64,000 nucleotides of DNA from Rothia sp. (in: high G+C Gram-positive bacteria) (lineage in GTDB: Bacteria > Actinomycetota > Actinomycetes > Actinomycetales > Micrococcaceae), in assembly GCA_030530925.1 (NCBI GenBank), contig JAUMUA010000003.1:17366-81365 (forward strand). Reading direction: 5' to 3'. Shown here one piece after another: positions 47,594 through 58,091 of the stretch. The position numbers were made by a program, and so were the translations under genes. The notes below the pieces were generated by a model. The model saw only the letters and a list, made by a program, of their open reading frames with translations. It was not told the origin of the DNA and searched no databases. Each line of letters starts with the position of its first letter. Positions within the stretch are counted from its first letter, which is position 1.

Positions 47594-49213
47594 GTGGAAA
47601 CTACCGAATCGCGCCGCAACGCCGGCTACGCAATTCTTGCAACCCTGAAAAACTACGGAGTAGATACCGTATTTGGCATTCCAGGCACTCACAACCTGGA
47701 GTTTTACCGCCACCTCGAAGAATTAAACATCAAGCCCATCACCACCCGCCACGAGCAGGGCTCATCCTACGGCGCCGACGGCTGGTCACAGGTCCGCGGG
47801 TTACCCGGTGTCGTCATTACCACCTCAGGCCCCGGCCTGCTCAACTCACTTTCCGGCGCAGCAACCGCCTACGCCGAGTCACGCCCCATGATTATCCTCT
47901 CCCCCGGCCGCCCCGTGGGTCAGGAATACCGCGATATCGGAGCGCTACACGAAACCAAGAACCCCACCGGCGCCGTCAATTCCATTGTAGAATTCTCCCG
48001 CCGCGTGAATTCAGCCGAAGAAGCAGTAGATATCATCCACAATGCCTTCCGCTCCTTTGCACACTCACGCCCTCGCCCCATCCACATTGAGGTACCCCTC
48101 GATGTGCTCGAGCGCGAAACCGACATCGACGATTCCATGCTGCAGGCACGCCCCTTGGGCAGGCCCCAGCCCGCACCAATTGACGAAGTTCAGGCAGCAG
48201 CAAAGATCCTGGCAGATTCCAAGCACTCCATCATTGTGGCTGGCGGTGGTTCACTGGCAGCTCACGAAGACTTGCTCACCCTGGCTGAAACTCTAGAAGC
48301 ACCCGTCATTACCTCACTCAACGGTAAGGGTGCTATCCCCGAGAAACACCGCCTCTCACTCGGTGCCGATCTTCGCCTCTCAGCAGCACACGCATTCTGC
48401 CGCGAAGCAGATGCCATGCTCATTATTGGTTCAAAGATTGGCGAAGCTGAACTGTGGGACGGCGACATTCGCCCTAATGGCCCCGTAATTCGTGTGGATA
48501 TTGAACGCTCACAGATGCTGTGCAACATAACCCCCGATATTGAGTTGCCCGGCAACTCAGAGGCTATCGTTCCTCAGCTTTTGAACGCTCTTAGAGAATT
48601 AGGCGTTACCTCAGATACTCGCGAAGCACGCGATTTGCAAGACGTTTTCGACGCGCTTGATAACGAAGGTCGCTCTTTGGCGCCAGAACTTGCCGCGCTC
48701 AACGAGAAGATAATGGAGATTCTTCCTGAAGAAACCATTATCTCCGGCGACTCGTCACAGGTTACCTACATGGGTACCACCACGTTCTACCGCGCACCGC
48801 GCCCGCACTCACTCATGTACATGGCAACCTACGCCACCTTGGGTTACGGTCTACCCGCCGCGATTGGTGCCAAGGTAGCTGCACCCGAGCGTCCAGTGGT
48901 GTGCCTTTTGGGCGACGGCGCGCTCATGTTCGCAATCCAGGAAATGATGACGGCGGTTGAGCAGGACCTTGACCTTCCCATCATCTGTGTTGACAACGGT
49001 GGTTACGGCGAAATCCGCCAAAACGAGCGCGACCGCGGTATTGCACCGATCGCAGTGAACCTCAAGCAACCCGACTGGGTTAAGCTCGCTGAGGGATTTG
49101 GCGCTACCGGCTTTGAAGCAACCATGGATACCCTTGCAGAGTCTGTCACCAAGGCACTGAACACTAAGGGCGTAAGCCTGATTCACCTCAAGATCGGTGA
49201 AACTCTCGTCTAA
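47594..49213 (+). CDS. ThDP-dependent decarboxylase (2-ketoarginine decarboxylase AruI-like)
   Basis: VFGIPGTHNLE, RHEQG, GALHETK, TLGYGLPAAIG and GDG..DNGGYGEI motifs. Confidence 0.8.
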   Translation: METTESRRNAGYAILATLKNYGVDTVFGIPGTHNLEFYRHLEELNIKPITTRHEQGSSYGADGWSQVRGLPGVVITTSGPGLLNSLSGAATAYAESRPMIILSPGRPVGQEYRDIGALHETKNPTGAVNSIVEFSRRVNSAEEAVDIIHNAFRSFAHSRPRPIHIEVPLDVLERETDIDDSMLQARPLGRPQPAPIDEVQAAAKILADSKHSIIVAGGGSLAAHEDLLTLAETLEAPVITSLNGKGAIPEKHRLSLGADLRLSAAHAFCREADAMLIIGSKIGEAELWDGDIRPNGPVIRVDIERSQMLCNITPDIELPGNSEAIVPQLLNALRELGVTSDTREARDLQDVFDALDNEGRSLAPELAALNEKIMEILPEETIISGDSSQVTYMGTTTFYRAPRPHSLMYMATYATLGYGLPAAIGAKVAAPERPVVCLLGDGALMFAIQEMMTAVEQDLDLPIICVDNGGYGEIRQNERDRGIAPIAVNLKQPDWVKLAEGFGATGFEATMDTLAESVTKALNTKGVSLIHLKIGETLV

Positions 49214-49224
49214 TATCCGATGAG

Positions 49225-49270
49225 AAAAATGGCGGGGTTCCCCTTATTTTAAGGGGAACCCCGCCATTTT
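49225..49270. terminator. Bidirectional terminator
   Basis: AAAATGGCGGGGTTCCCCTT...AAGGGGAACCCCGCCATTTT. Confidence 0.8.
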
Positions 49271-49294
49271 AGTTTGAGTGTAAGAGCGTTTTAT

Positions 49295-50266
49295 TTATGC
49301 ACGACGGCGCGCAACAAATATAGTAACAACACCTAGAGCCAATAGCGCCAAGCCGCCACCAAAAACAACCACCGCGTTCGAACCGGTGTATGCCAAGGTA
49401 TCCGTGGAGGAACCGGCCGCTTCATAACCAGTTGCACCGTAGTAAGCAGGTTCGGAATTTGTTGCACCCTGGAAACTATTGCTCCCTAAACCACCGTTCG
49501 AAGTATCGCCAACCGCAGAAACATTAGAGTTATTCTTCTGAACTGCACCATTAGAACCAGTGTGAGCAGTACCGGCTGCCGGTTCATTGTCGCAACCAAT
49601 ACCGTCGCGGTCGCGGTCTAACTTCAACGCGTAACCTGGTTCACCGCGGTAAATTTCGCGACCAAGCTTTGCACGAACATCTGCACAGTTTTCGTATGAC
49701 CATTCAGTAGGTTGTTCAGCCGCAGCAGCCTTGACTGCCGGTGCTTCCACTGCAGTGTTTGCAGGCTGCGGAGCAACGGTTTCAGCGACGGGCGCCTGAG
49801 TAGGTGCAGGTGCTACAGGAGTAGCGGTTGCGGTTGCTACGGGTGAAGCGGCTGGGGTTGCCGCGGCAGCGTGTGCAATAGCTGACTCATCTTTTGCAGG
49901 AGCAGAAGATTCCTTTGCAGCAGGTGAAGGTGTTGCTGATTCAGATTTGGCAGTCTCGGATGAGGACGGCTCTGCAGTTTTAGGTTCTGCAGTCTTAGTT
50001 TCGGTAGAGGTAGGTTCTGTGCTTGCCGAAGCAGAAGGAGTGGCTGATTCTGTGGGGGTTGCTGCCTTGGCATCATCAGCTTTTTTCTCAGCGGCAGTAG
50101 CTGAAGCAGTTGCTGAAGCGCTAGCAGAAGCACTTGCAGAAGGTGATGCTGAAGTTTCAGCAGCAAATACCGGTGCGCCAGCAGCTGATGCCAAGAGCGC
50201 AACGGTTGCCGAAGAAACGGAGGCAACTTTCAAAAAACGGCGTGCGGAATGAGAAGAGAAAGACAT
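49295..50266 (-). CDS. Sortase-anchored surface protein with Excalibur Ca-binding domain
   Basis: Signal peptide, Ala/Ser/Thr/Pro stalk, YENCADVR..GEPGY..LDRDRDGIGC, LAYTG + TM + RRR. Confidence 0.85.
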   Translation of the reverse strand: MSFSSHSARRFLKVASVSSATVALLASAAGAPVFAAETSASPSASASASASATASATAAEKKADDAKAATPTESATPSASASTEPTSTETKTAEPKTAEPSSSETAKSESATPSPAAKESSAPAKDESAIAHAAAATPAASPVATATATPVAPAPTQAPVAETVAPQPANTAVEAPAVKAAAAEQPTEWSYENCADVRAKLGREIYRGEPGYALKLDRDRDGIGCDNEPAAGTAHTGSNGAVQKNNSNVSAVGDTSNGGLGSNSFQGATNSEPAYYGATGYEAAGSSTDTLAYTGSNAVVVFGGGLALLALGVVTIFVARRRA

Positions 50267-50488
50267 AGGGGGATCTCCAATAAAAATGTGCAAGATAACG
50301 GCACGAACGTGCTGTCTAAATCATATAGGCAAATCTGTCCATCATGTTTGCTTTTTCTTTGTATGACAGAAAATTAATTTTTATTGTTGAAAATCTACCT
50401 ATGAATTTATATTTCTCATCGGTAACATTTTTGCAATTTATGAGTTACTCAAAGGTAGCAACACGCCGCCCTTAGAAGCGCCAGGTAC

Positions 50489-51439
50489 TTACACCATGTA
50501 TTTCCATGCGCGAATGTAATCTACTTCCATCGTTCCGGAAAGACCGTTCGCATCAGTTACGTGACCCCAATACTCTGTTCCGCCTTCAAAGTTCAGGCGC
50601 ATATGCATTTTGGTACCAGGCTTTTTAGCAGCTAGCAAGCGAGGGTCATTTGCAGGGACGTGGGAAATAACGTATTTATTATCAAACTTCACCACAATAC
50701 CGTCAGTGGGAGTTACTTCCACGCTCCAAATATGCCACTCATTCTGCAAATCTTGACCAGCGTTGGGCAACCAACCCATGCCATACATTGCACGATTATC
50801 TGCTTTATTGCTACCGGTTTGGTCAAAGTGCACCGAGGATTCAGTGCGCTGAGTGGTATTAAAATTATTTGCTTTACCTAGATAGTTCACCCCATAGTAC
50901 TCATTGAGGTCAATTTCCAGGGATGGCACGGTGGCATTGGAGCCGTATTCACCATTGTCATCCGGGCGGAACCATAGGCACGCATGGTTACCGTGCGAGG
51001 TAATACCAGAAGGCATTTTCATGCGTGCTTCTACTCGGAAATATTCTGCTGAGAATTTACCGCGACTATCGAGGTAACCTCCTTTAAATAGTCGTTGCTT
51101 ACCGTCAACCATTACTGGTTTGTCAAGTTTTTCAAGATGAAATATTGCTCTGCCGTTTGTTACCTTAACGCATTTTGCAGAGTTCACCGTGGGGGTGTGG
51201 CCAGGGGCATTACCCCAAGCTCCAGGAACCCCATTCAGAAAAGGTTCACTATCGCGGATATTCCATTTGGTGGAATCCACTATATTTCCATTGAAGTTCT
51301 CATCAAATGCGAGCTTCCAATGGTTGATGCGCGGGCCTACCGCAGTTATTGCTTGAGCAGGTGCTACCGAAGAAACCGCACCAACGCCGAGCGCTGTTGC
51401 CAATGAGGTAGAGAGAAGATTTCTACGAGTGAATGCCAT
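50489..51439 (-). CDS. Tat-exported glycoside hydrolase family 16
   Basis: TRRNLL Tat signal; WKLAFDENFNG, EIDLNE (ExDxxE), MEVDYIRAW. Confidence 0.85.
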   Translation of the reverse strand: MAFTRRNLLSTSLATALGVGAVSSVAPAQAITAVGPRINHWKLAFDENFNGNIVDSTKWNIRDSEPFLNGVPGAWGNAPGHTPTVNSAKCVKVTNGRAIFHLEKLDKPVMVDGKQRLFKGGYLDSRGKFSAEYFRVEARMKMPSGITSHGNHACLWFRPDDNGEYGSNATVPSLEIDLNEYYGVNYLGKANNFNTTQRTESSVHFDQTGSNKADNRAMYGMGWLPNAGQDLQNEWHIWSVEVTPTDGIVVKFDNKYVISHVPANDPRLLAAKKPGTKMHMRLNFEGGTEYWGHVTDANGLSGTMEVDYIRAWKYMV

Positions 51440-52204
51440 GGGGGAAGGTTTTCTCCAAACTAGAGTCATAAGATTTTGAAAACTGGGGATATTTTTGGGT
51501 GAGATTTTATTCAGGGGATTCTCACTGGGAAAATATTATGACAGGTTGGGGGGCAGGAAAACCTATTCCCCTATTTATTTTGTTGAACAATAATTAAATA
51601 AGTGGCCTTATCATGGCTTGACTAGGGCAAATAAATAATTTTGTAATATGTAACATATAAAGGCATGGCATAATTATTTTACAGTTCAAACAACATCCAA
51701 GCGGAGGCTTGTGGTTTTATTTACGTAAAACCATTATTGGAGAAAACTATTTATACAAAATAATTCTATATATTGAATAAATATGCAGTGGTGAAATGTT
51801 ACAACTCAGGCAACCCATAAAATTCTTTCGCGGTAATTCAACGTTTTCAACAAATAACTACTTATCTTTTGGTATATACATACCAATAAAATAAATTTTT
51901 ATTCCCCCGCTCCCCCTAAACCTCTCTCTGACTAGCACAGACATATTTCGTTTCAAAAATTGAACTGTCGCTTTAGAGAATAAGACGGTGTTACGCCCCC
52001 TAAGCCGCCATTTAGCCGCGTTGTAACCCACCGTTAGATCAACAAACTAGCGACACAATGTAAATTTCCCCAGCATGTCGCCTAAACAACACAATATCCG
52101 CACACTCCTGCGGGCTTACAAATTTCCAAGAAAAAGGCCTTTTGACGCAACCTGCCAGATGCGCCAAAAGGCCTTCTAATAAGTGTCTCGATAACCTCAG
52201 AAAC

Positions 52205-53722
52205 CTACTTCTCTACCTGAAAAATACTTCCAGTCATCACGCTTTCTTCTACTTCTTCAAGAGACTTACCGCGCGTCTCAGGCAACATCTTCCACATGAA
52301 GAACACTGCCACAGCATTCACGATCGCAAACGCAAAGAACGAAAGACTCAAACCCCACGCTTCCATAACCGAAGGGAAAAAGAGGCTGAGTGCAGCATTC
52401 ACCATCCATTTCAAGAACACCGAAGCACCTACGCCAAAGGCCCGCATACCCACGGGGAAGATTTCAGAGAGCAACACCCAGGTAGCAATATTCAAAAACG
52501 TTTGAATAGAACCCACCAACAAAACAATTAACACCAGCAAAATATAGGGTCGGGCCGAGTTGCCCTCGGGAAACATAACCGAAGCACCTGCGATGAGCAA
52601 ATGGAACAGCATAGTAAGCGAGTAACCAGTAATAACAATGGTGCGGCGATTAACCCGTTCCATATAGAACAAAGCAACAATTGCGCCCACCACACCAATT
52701 ACACCAGGGGCTATATTAGCAATTAAAGCAGCGGTATTGCCGAAACCAGCACTCACCAAAATGCTATGCCCGTAGTACATCACCGAATCAATGCCGGTAA
52801 GCTGTTGGAACACGCCAAGGCCAATACCAACCACCAAAATACGCAACAGCCAGCGGTTGGCAAAAATATCTGTCACTGAATACTGCGCATGTTGCCCCTC
52901 GCGCACCTCTGCACTATGGCGAATCTCAGCAAGTTCAGCCTCAGCGCGCTCGTTCGAACGAATAACCTTTAGTTTTTGAAGCGCTTCATCATATTTTCCT
53001 TGGCTAGCGAGCCAACGCGGTGATTCAGGCACACGTAAGATACCGATCATCAGCAAGATCGCAGGCACTGCTGCTACCGCGAGCATCACGCGCCAAATAC
53101 CGGGAACATGCCCCCACATGCTACCAATAACGGCGTTAATGATGAAGGCGGCTAACTGGCCAGTCACAATCATCACTTCGTTACGCCCCGCGTAAGTACC
53201 GCGAACCTCATACGGTGACATCTCCGCCAAGTACACCGGAACCACCGTTGAGGCACCCCCCACAGCAAAGCCAAGTACGGTGCGACCTACTAACAACATA
53301 CCTACCCCGGGGGCTAGGCTACACAGCGCCACCCCCAGAATAAATAAGAATGAAAGAATCAAAACCGTTTTTTGGCGGCCAATCTTATCTGAGATTCTTC
53401 CCATGCAAAGCGCACCCAAGGCTGCGCCTAACAATAAAGTTGCCGTTACCATGCCTTCACCAAAAGCGTCGAGCCCTAGCTCTTGACTCATAGGCAAAAG
53501 CGCACCGTTAATTACTCCGGTGTCATAACCAAATAACAAACCACCAAGAGTCACCACCGCGGCAACTCGCCCTAAACGACGGCGGTGAGGACCGTCAGTT
53601 AAAGGGGGCAGACTTTCTTCGGTTGAGGTAGAAGCATTTATGCTCACTTCACCAACTCTTTTCATTTTTTCTTCAGAAGTATCGGTGAGCATCATTGCAT
53701 ACCGATCACTAGGGGATTCCAA
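52205..53722 (-). CDS. Sugar porter MFS transporter (IolT-like)
   Basis: GGLLFGYDTGVING, PVYLAEM, PESPRWL, QQLTG, PETRG; start probably somewhat downstream. Confidence 0.92.
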   Translation of the reverse strand: MESPSDRYAMMLTDTSEEKMKRVGEVSINASTSTEESLPPLTDGPHRRRLGRVAAVVTLGGLLFGYDTGVINGALLPMSQELGLDAFGEGMVTATLLLGAALGALCMGRISDKIGRQKTVLILSFLFILGVALCSLAPGVGMLLVGRTVLGFAVGGASTVVPVYLAEMSPYEVRGTYAGRNEVMIVTGQLAAFIINAVIGSMWGHVPGIWRVMLAVAAVPAILLMIGILRVPESPRWLASQGKYDEALQKLKVIRSNERAEAELAEIRHSAEVREGQHAQYSVTDIFANRWLLRILVVGIGLGVFQQLTGIDSVMYYGHSILVSAGFGNTAALIANIAPGVIGVVGAIVALFYMERVNRRTIVITGYSLTMLFHLLIAGASVMFPEGNSARPYILLVLIVLLVGSIQTFLNIATWVLLSEIFPVGMRAFGVGASVFLKWMVNAALSLFFPSVMEAWGLSLSFFAFAIVNAVAVFFMWKMLPETRGKSLEEVEESVMTGSIFQVEK

Positions 53723-53905
53723 GTGCTAACTATATAAGCCGCTCTCAGAATCTACCACTGAGACAGTAACTAGCATGCGGGCAGACACCCTTAGCACCCC
53801 CTGTTCTTATTACTGCGGAAAGATTCTGGCAATAGAAGATTTGCCGTTCATTCACCTTGCCTCGATACAACTGGAACGTATCAGTTATTTTTGAGGAGAA
53901 CTCCC

Positions 53906-55399
53906 ATGTCAGCATCATCTTTTACGGCATCGAATCATGGTTCAGTAGTATCAAAGTGCAATGTTTCGCGCCGTGCCGCACTCGGGCTGGCATTTGTTGG
54001 TTCGGTGGCAATAACTCCGTGGAATAAGGCGAATGCTACCGAAACACTTACTCTCTCAAGCGGCAAAATTACCGCTGGCGCAAACAGTGTTCGTGATTCT
54101 AATCAACTGTGGCGTAAGACTTTCTCTTTAACCGCTCAGGAGGTGACCTCGTCATGGGACGCTCTTCCGTTTCACCAGTTTGAGGTGCCCGTAACTGCAG
54201 GTGCAACGTCGGTAGATCTAGCGTGGAAAGGCACTGCCAACGCCGGTGCACGCGTGCGCCTTATGGTTCACGACTACTCCACTCGCTCACTCACCGAAGC
54301 AGCATTTGGTTTTGCCAATGCCCAAGGAAACGTGAGTTTGAATGCCACGGTTAAGCTTGAGGGCATTGTTTCCGGTGGCAAGGTGCTCGTTATTATTCAG
54401 CACTCACAGGGTTACTCGGGCACGAACCGTTCCTTCCGATCCACCCCGGTTACTCCCGAACACGCCGGCGATACCCCTCGTTCGCAGTATGATTTCACCC
54501 TCGCCTGGGAATCCGACACCCAGTATTACAACGAGTCATACCCCCAGCGCCAGCTCGATGTGCACGACTACTTCCTGCGCCAGCGCGACCCCATGAACAT
54601 TCAGTACATGTTCCACACCGGCGACATCGTTGATGAATACGACAAACCCATTCAGTGGGAGCGCGCCAACACCGCATACACCATGCTCGACCACGCGGGA
54701 CTGCCCTACGGTGTGCTCGGTGGTAATCACGACGTCGGGCAGTACGACGAAAAGGGGTTCCCCGTTTACACCCAGAACTTTGGGGACTGGCGCTTTGCAA
54801 AGAACCCTTGGTTTGGCGGTAGCCACAAGAATAACCGCGGCCACTACGACCTCGTAAGCGCAGGTACCCACGATTTCTTGATGGTGTACATGAGCTGGTC
54901 AGCTAAGGATGCAGAGATCGCCTGGATGAATCAGGTACTCGCTCGCTACCCTGAGCGCGTAGCTATCATTGCCCTTCACGAGTTCCTAGACACCGAGGGC
55001 AAGCTTGCCGCACTGCCCCAGCGCATCAAAGACGAAGTGATTGCTAAGAATCGCAATGTTCGCCTCGTTCTTTCGGGCCACCATCACGGCGCTATGAAGA
55101 ACCAGCATTTCTTTGATGACGACGGCGACGGCGTGGCTGAGCGCGTTGTAACTAACGTTCTCTTTGACCCGCAGGGGCTACCCGAAGGCGGCCAGTCATT
55201 CTTGCGTCTGATGCATTTTGATAACTACAACGGCAAGATGATTTCGCGAACCTACTCCCCTTATTTGAAGAAGTTCGATAGCGATAGCCCTGCGTTGCCC
55301 AAGCAACACCAAGAATTCACGGTTTCGTATAAGGACCTTGGTTTGAAGATGACGAAGAAGCAACTCATGACCGCTTCTTTCACCGCACAGATGCGCTAG
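53906..55399 (+). CDS. Tat-exported metallophosphoesterase
   Basis: SRRAAL Tat motif; SDTQ, HTGD, GNHD and SGHHH motifs. Confidence 0.85.
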   Translation: MSASSFTASNHGSVVSKCNVSRRAALGLAFVGSVAITPWNKANATETLTLSSGKITAGANSVRDSNQLWRKTFSLTAQEVTSSWDALPFHQFEVPVTAGATSVDLAWKGTANAGARVRLMVHDYSTRSLTEAAFGFANAQGNVSLNATVKLEGIVSGGKVLVIIQHSQGYSGTNRSFRSTPVTPEHAGDTPRSQYDFTLAWESDTQYYNESYPQRQLDVHDYFLRQRDPMNIQYMFHTGDIVDEYDKPIQWERANTAYTMLDHAGLPYGVLGGNHDVGQYDEKGFPVYTQNFGDWRFAKNPWFGGSHKNNRGHYDLVSAGTHDFLMVYMSWSAKDAEIAWMNQVLARYPERVAIIALHEFLDTEGKLAALPQRIKDEVIAKNRNVRLVLSGHHHGAMKNQHFFDDDGDGVAERVVTNVLFDPQGLPEGGQSFLRLMHFDNYNGKMISRTYSPYLKKFDSDSPALPKQHQEFTVSYKDLGLKMTKKQLMTASFTAQMR

Positions 55400-55435
55400 T
55401 TTTTGCGCGCCAGCGCGCTGTTCTAGAACGTGGTT

Positions 55436-56434
55436 CTAGAACAGCGCGATTTTTGCTGGTGCGGGAAAAATCTTGTCGAGCTGCGCTAGTTCGTCGTCGG
55501 TAAATTTGACGGACGCCGCGCCCGCGTTGGCACGCACCTGTTCCACAGTGGTTGCCCCTGCAATGACCGACGCCACCGGACGTTGCTGAGCAAGCCAGCT
55601 AAAGGCAGCTTGAACTTCGGTAATCCCCTTGTCTTTGCAGAAATCGGAGAACGCCGCGAGCTGGTCCCAGTCAGTATTTTGCAATAGGTCTTTTTTGGAA
55701 TGGGATAAACGCGATCCTTCGGGTGCTTTTCCGTTGGCGTATTTGCCCGTCAGCAATCCATTAGCCAGCGGAAAATACGGAAGCACACCCAAATTGAACG
55801 CGCGGGCGGCAGGTAGAACCTCAAGTTCGGCGCGACGATCCAACAAATTGTAATGATTTTCAGCGGCAATAAAGCGATGGGTACCCAGTTCACGCGCCAC
55901 ATATTCCGCCTGAGCAATCTGCCACCCGGCATGGTTGGAATGACCAATATAGCGAACTTTTCCCTGCTCAATCAGGGTATTGAGCGCGCTCAGGGTTTCG
56001 TCAACCGGAGTTACGCCGTCGGGGGTGTGATAAAAATACAAATCAATATGGTCGGTGCCCAAGCGCTTGAGCGAAGCTTCTACCGCACGCATAATATAGC
56101 GACGCGAACCGCGAGCGCCGTAGTCAGTGCCATTCGCACCTTGCATGTCCATGCCGAATTTTGAAACCAGCACGACGTCGTCGCGAGCGGCGGATCCTAA
56201 AGAGTTGAGGGCTGTGCCAAACATGGTTTCAGAGAGACCGGGTTCTTTGCCGTAAATATCGGCAACGTCAAAGAGGTTAATGCCCGCTTCGATGGCTTCG
56301 GCGATTACGGTGTTGACGCCGGATTGGTCCTCTGTGGGAGTGCCGGCGCGGCCCAAGTTGTTGCAGCCCAGACCTACAGTTGAAACAGTTAAGCCTGAGT
56401 TGCCCAATTGGCGATATTGCATTGATTCGTTCAT
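55436..56434 (-). CDS. Aldo/keto reductase
   Basis: LGNSGLTVS..GLGCNN, DVADIYG, SLKRLGTDHIDLY motifs. Confidence 0.92.
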   Translation of the reverse strand: MNESMQYRQLGNSGLTVSTVGLGCNNLGRAGTPTEDQSGVNTVIAEAIEAGINLFDVADIYGKEPGLSETMFGTALNSLGSAARDDVVLVSKFGMDMQGANGTDYGARGSRRYIMRAVEASLKRLGTDHIDLYFYHTPDGVTPVDETLSALNTLIEQGKVRYIGHSNHAGWQIAQAEYVARELGTHRFIAAENHYNLLDRRAELEVLPAARAFNLGVLPYFPLANGLLTGKYANGKAPEGSRLSHSKKDLLQNTDWDQLAAFSDFCKDKGITEVQAAFSWLAQQRPVASVIAGATTVEQVRANAGAASVKFTDDELAQLDKIFPAPAKIALF

Positions 56435-57003
56435 GTCTCTAAGGGTAGTACCTGCGCAAACGCCGCGAAAGAGTTTCTTGACTCGCTAACTCAGCCCTCA
56501 AAATCCCACCGAAACACCCGCAATTGCGTTGCGCCGTCCCCTAACCCGTACAGTAAATCCCCTTAATGTAAAAATATGTAAACCCATGTGGGTACAAATT
56601 ATTTTTGTTTAAAACAATTTTTCGGGAGTAAATTATGGAGGGTCAGTCAAACCGTCGAATAGTTTTTAACCCCAATAGAACCACCGAGCCCAAGCGGGCA
56701 ACACAGAACCGATTGAGAAAACTCAACCCTAAGAGTTTTTCTCAGTTTGATTCTTGACTAGCATAAAGACCTGTTTTTCATTCCCTAGAATTCAGGTATT
56801 CTTCAACCCTTGCGCCCGGTGATGCAGATTTTTGCATCAGAAAAATAAGGTACCCATCCCTATACCTTTGCGTTTTCTTTTGCACGATCTATGCCGCAGT
56901 TAAGAACTTTCAAAAATGTGCTGACAATGCCTTCATTAGCGAAAATTTATGCACTTTTATTCCCTAGGGTGCATAAATTCTCACCCCAAGAATGGACTCA
57001 TAC

Positions 57004-57930
57004 ATGAAAATCACAACTGGTATTGCAGGCGTAGCTTCAGCAGCAGCCTTGTTAGGTACAGGTTTCACCGGAGCAAGCGCAGTAGAAGCTTCTCCCTACA
57101 TCATTGGCGGCAGCGAAGCTAAAAGCCCCTGGATTGTCCAGCTCAACTTCAACTCATACGAGCAGTCAGGTACTTTCGGTTGCACCGGTGAACAGCTCAA
57201 CGACGAATGGGTACTCACCGCAAAACACTGCACCGACGGTTCATACAACATGCAGGTTTTCCAGAGCAATGACCAAAACAACCCCGGTGAAGCTATTAAC
57301 GGTGATCGCTTTTTCGAGGCCCCTGAAGGCGATATTGCCCTCATTCACTTGAGCAAGAGCGCTCCCCTTTCACAGTACGCATCGTTGAACCTTGATTACA
57401 GCATCAAGGAAAACACCCGCGGTGACATCTACGGTTACGGCATGGGTGCCAATAAGTCATACACCGACACCCTCCGTACCGCACAGGTAAGCGTTATTGG
57501 AGAATCCACCGATGCTTACAACGGTCTTGCAGTTCACCTCCGCGGGTTCAATGGCGCCTCCAACCACGGTGATTCCGGTGGCCCCTTGGTTATCAATGGC
57601 AAAGTCGTTGCAGTTTGTTCCACCGGTGACCAGGCTGATCCCGGTGCCAACATCAACGCGCAGTCAAACTACGCGGTACTAGCACAGTCGGCTGATTGGA
57701 TTGAATCCACCACCGGTATTCATTACGGCAATGATGCAGAGACTCCTGCAAGCCCGGTGGTAACTGAACCCCCTACCCCAACTGCTCCTGTTGTTAATCC
57801 CACCGATCCCGTTGGAACCGATTGGTCCGATCCTTGGTCTGATTCCTGGCCTGATTCCTGGTCAGACTCATGGTCCGACTCCTGGTCTAATTCGTGGTCG
57901 GATTCATGGGAAATTAGCCGTTGGAGCTAA
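57004..57930 (+). CDS. Secreted trypsin-like (S1) serine protease with Trp-repeat tail
   Basis: Signal peptide, IIGG, LTAKHC, DIAL and GDSGGP motifs. Confidence 0.9.
   Translation: MKITTGIAGVASAAALLGTGFTGASAVEASPYIIGGSEAKSPWIVQLNFNSYEQSGTFGCTGEQLNDEWVLTAKHCTDGSYNMQVFQSNDQNNPGEAINGDRFFEAPEGDIALIHLSKSAPLSQYASLNLDYSIKENTRGDIYGYGMGANKSYTDTLRTAQVSVIGESTDAYNGLAVHLRGFNGASNHGDSGGPLVINGKVVAVCSTGDQADPGANINAQSNYAVLAQSADWIESTTGIHYGNDAETPASPVVTEPPTPTAPVVNPTDPVGTDWSDPWSDSWPDSWSDSWSDSWSNSWSDSWEISRWS
57820..57909 (+). repeat. 12 bp tandem repeat encoding (WSDS)n
   Basis: DWSDPWSDSWPDSWSDSWSDSWSNSWSDSW; eight Trp at 4-residue spacing. Confidence 0.85.
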
Positions 57931-58026
57931 TTGGAACCTTTCAGTTGCTCACACTACAGACGGTAGTGCCACTAGATATCAAACTCCCCTGGTCGCACTA
58001 AAGTCATGTAATTAAACCTTTTCACA

Positions 58027-58076
58027 CACAAAAAGGCCGGTACCGTTGCAGACGGAGCCGGCCTTTTGTGTTTTTT
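58027..58076. terminator. Bidirectional terminator
   Basis: AAAAGGCCGG...CCGGCCTTTT between convergent genes. Confidence 0.7.
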
Positions 58077-58091
58077 AACTATTTAGTACAC

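Noticed and set aside
56500-56720. c-di-AMP (ydaO) riboswitch before the secreted protease
   Set aside because: Conserved GAAUCC/GGGGAA/CCCGUCAGCUAAC elements could not be aligned.
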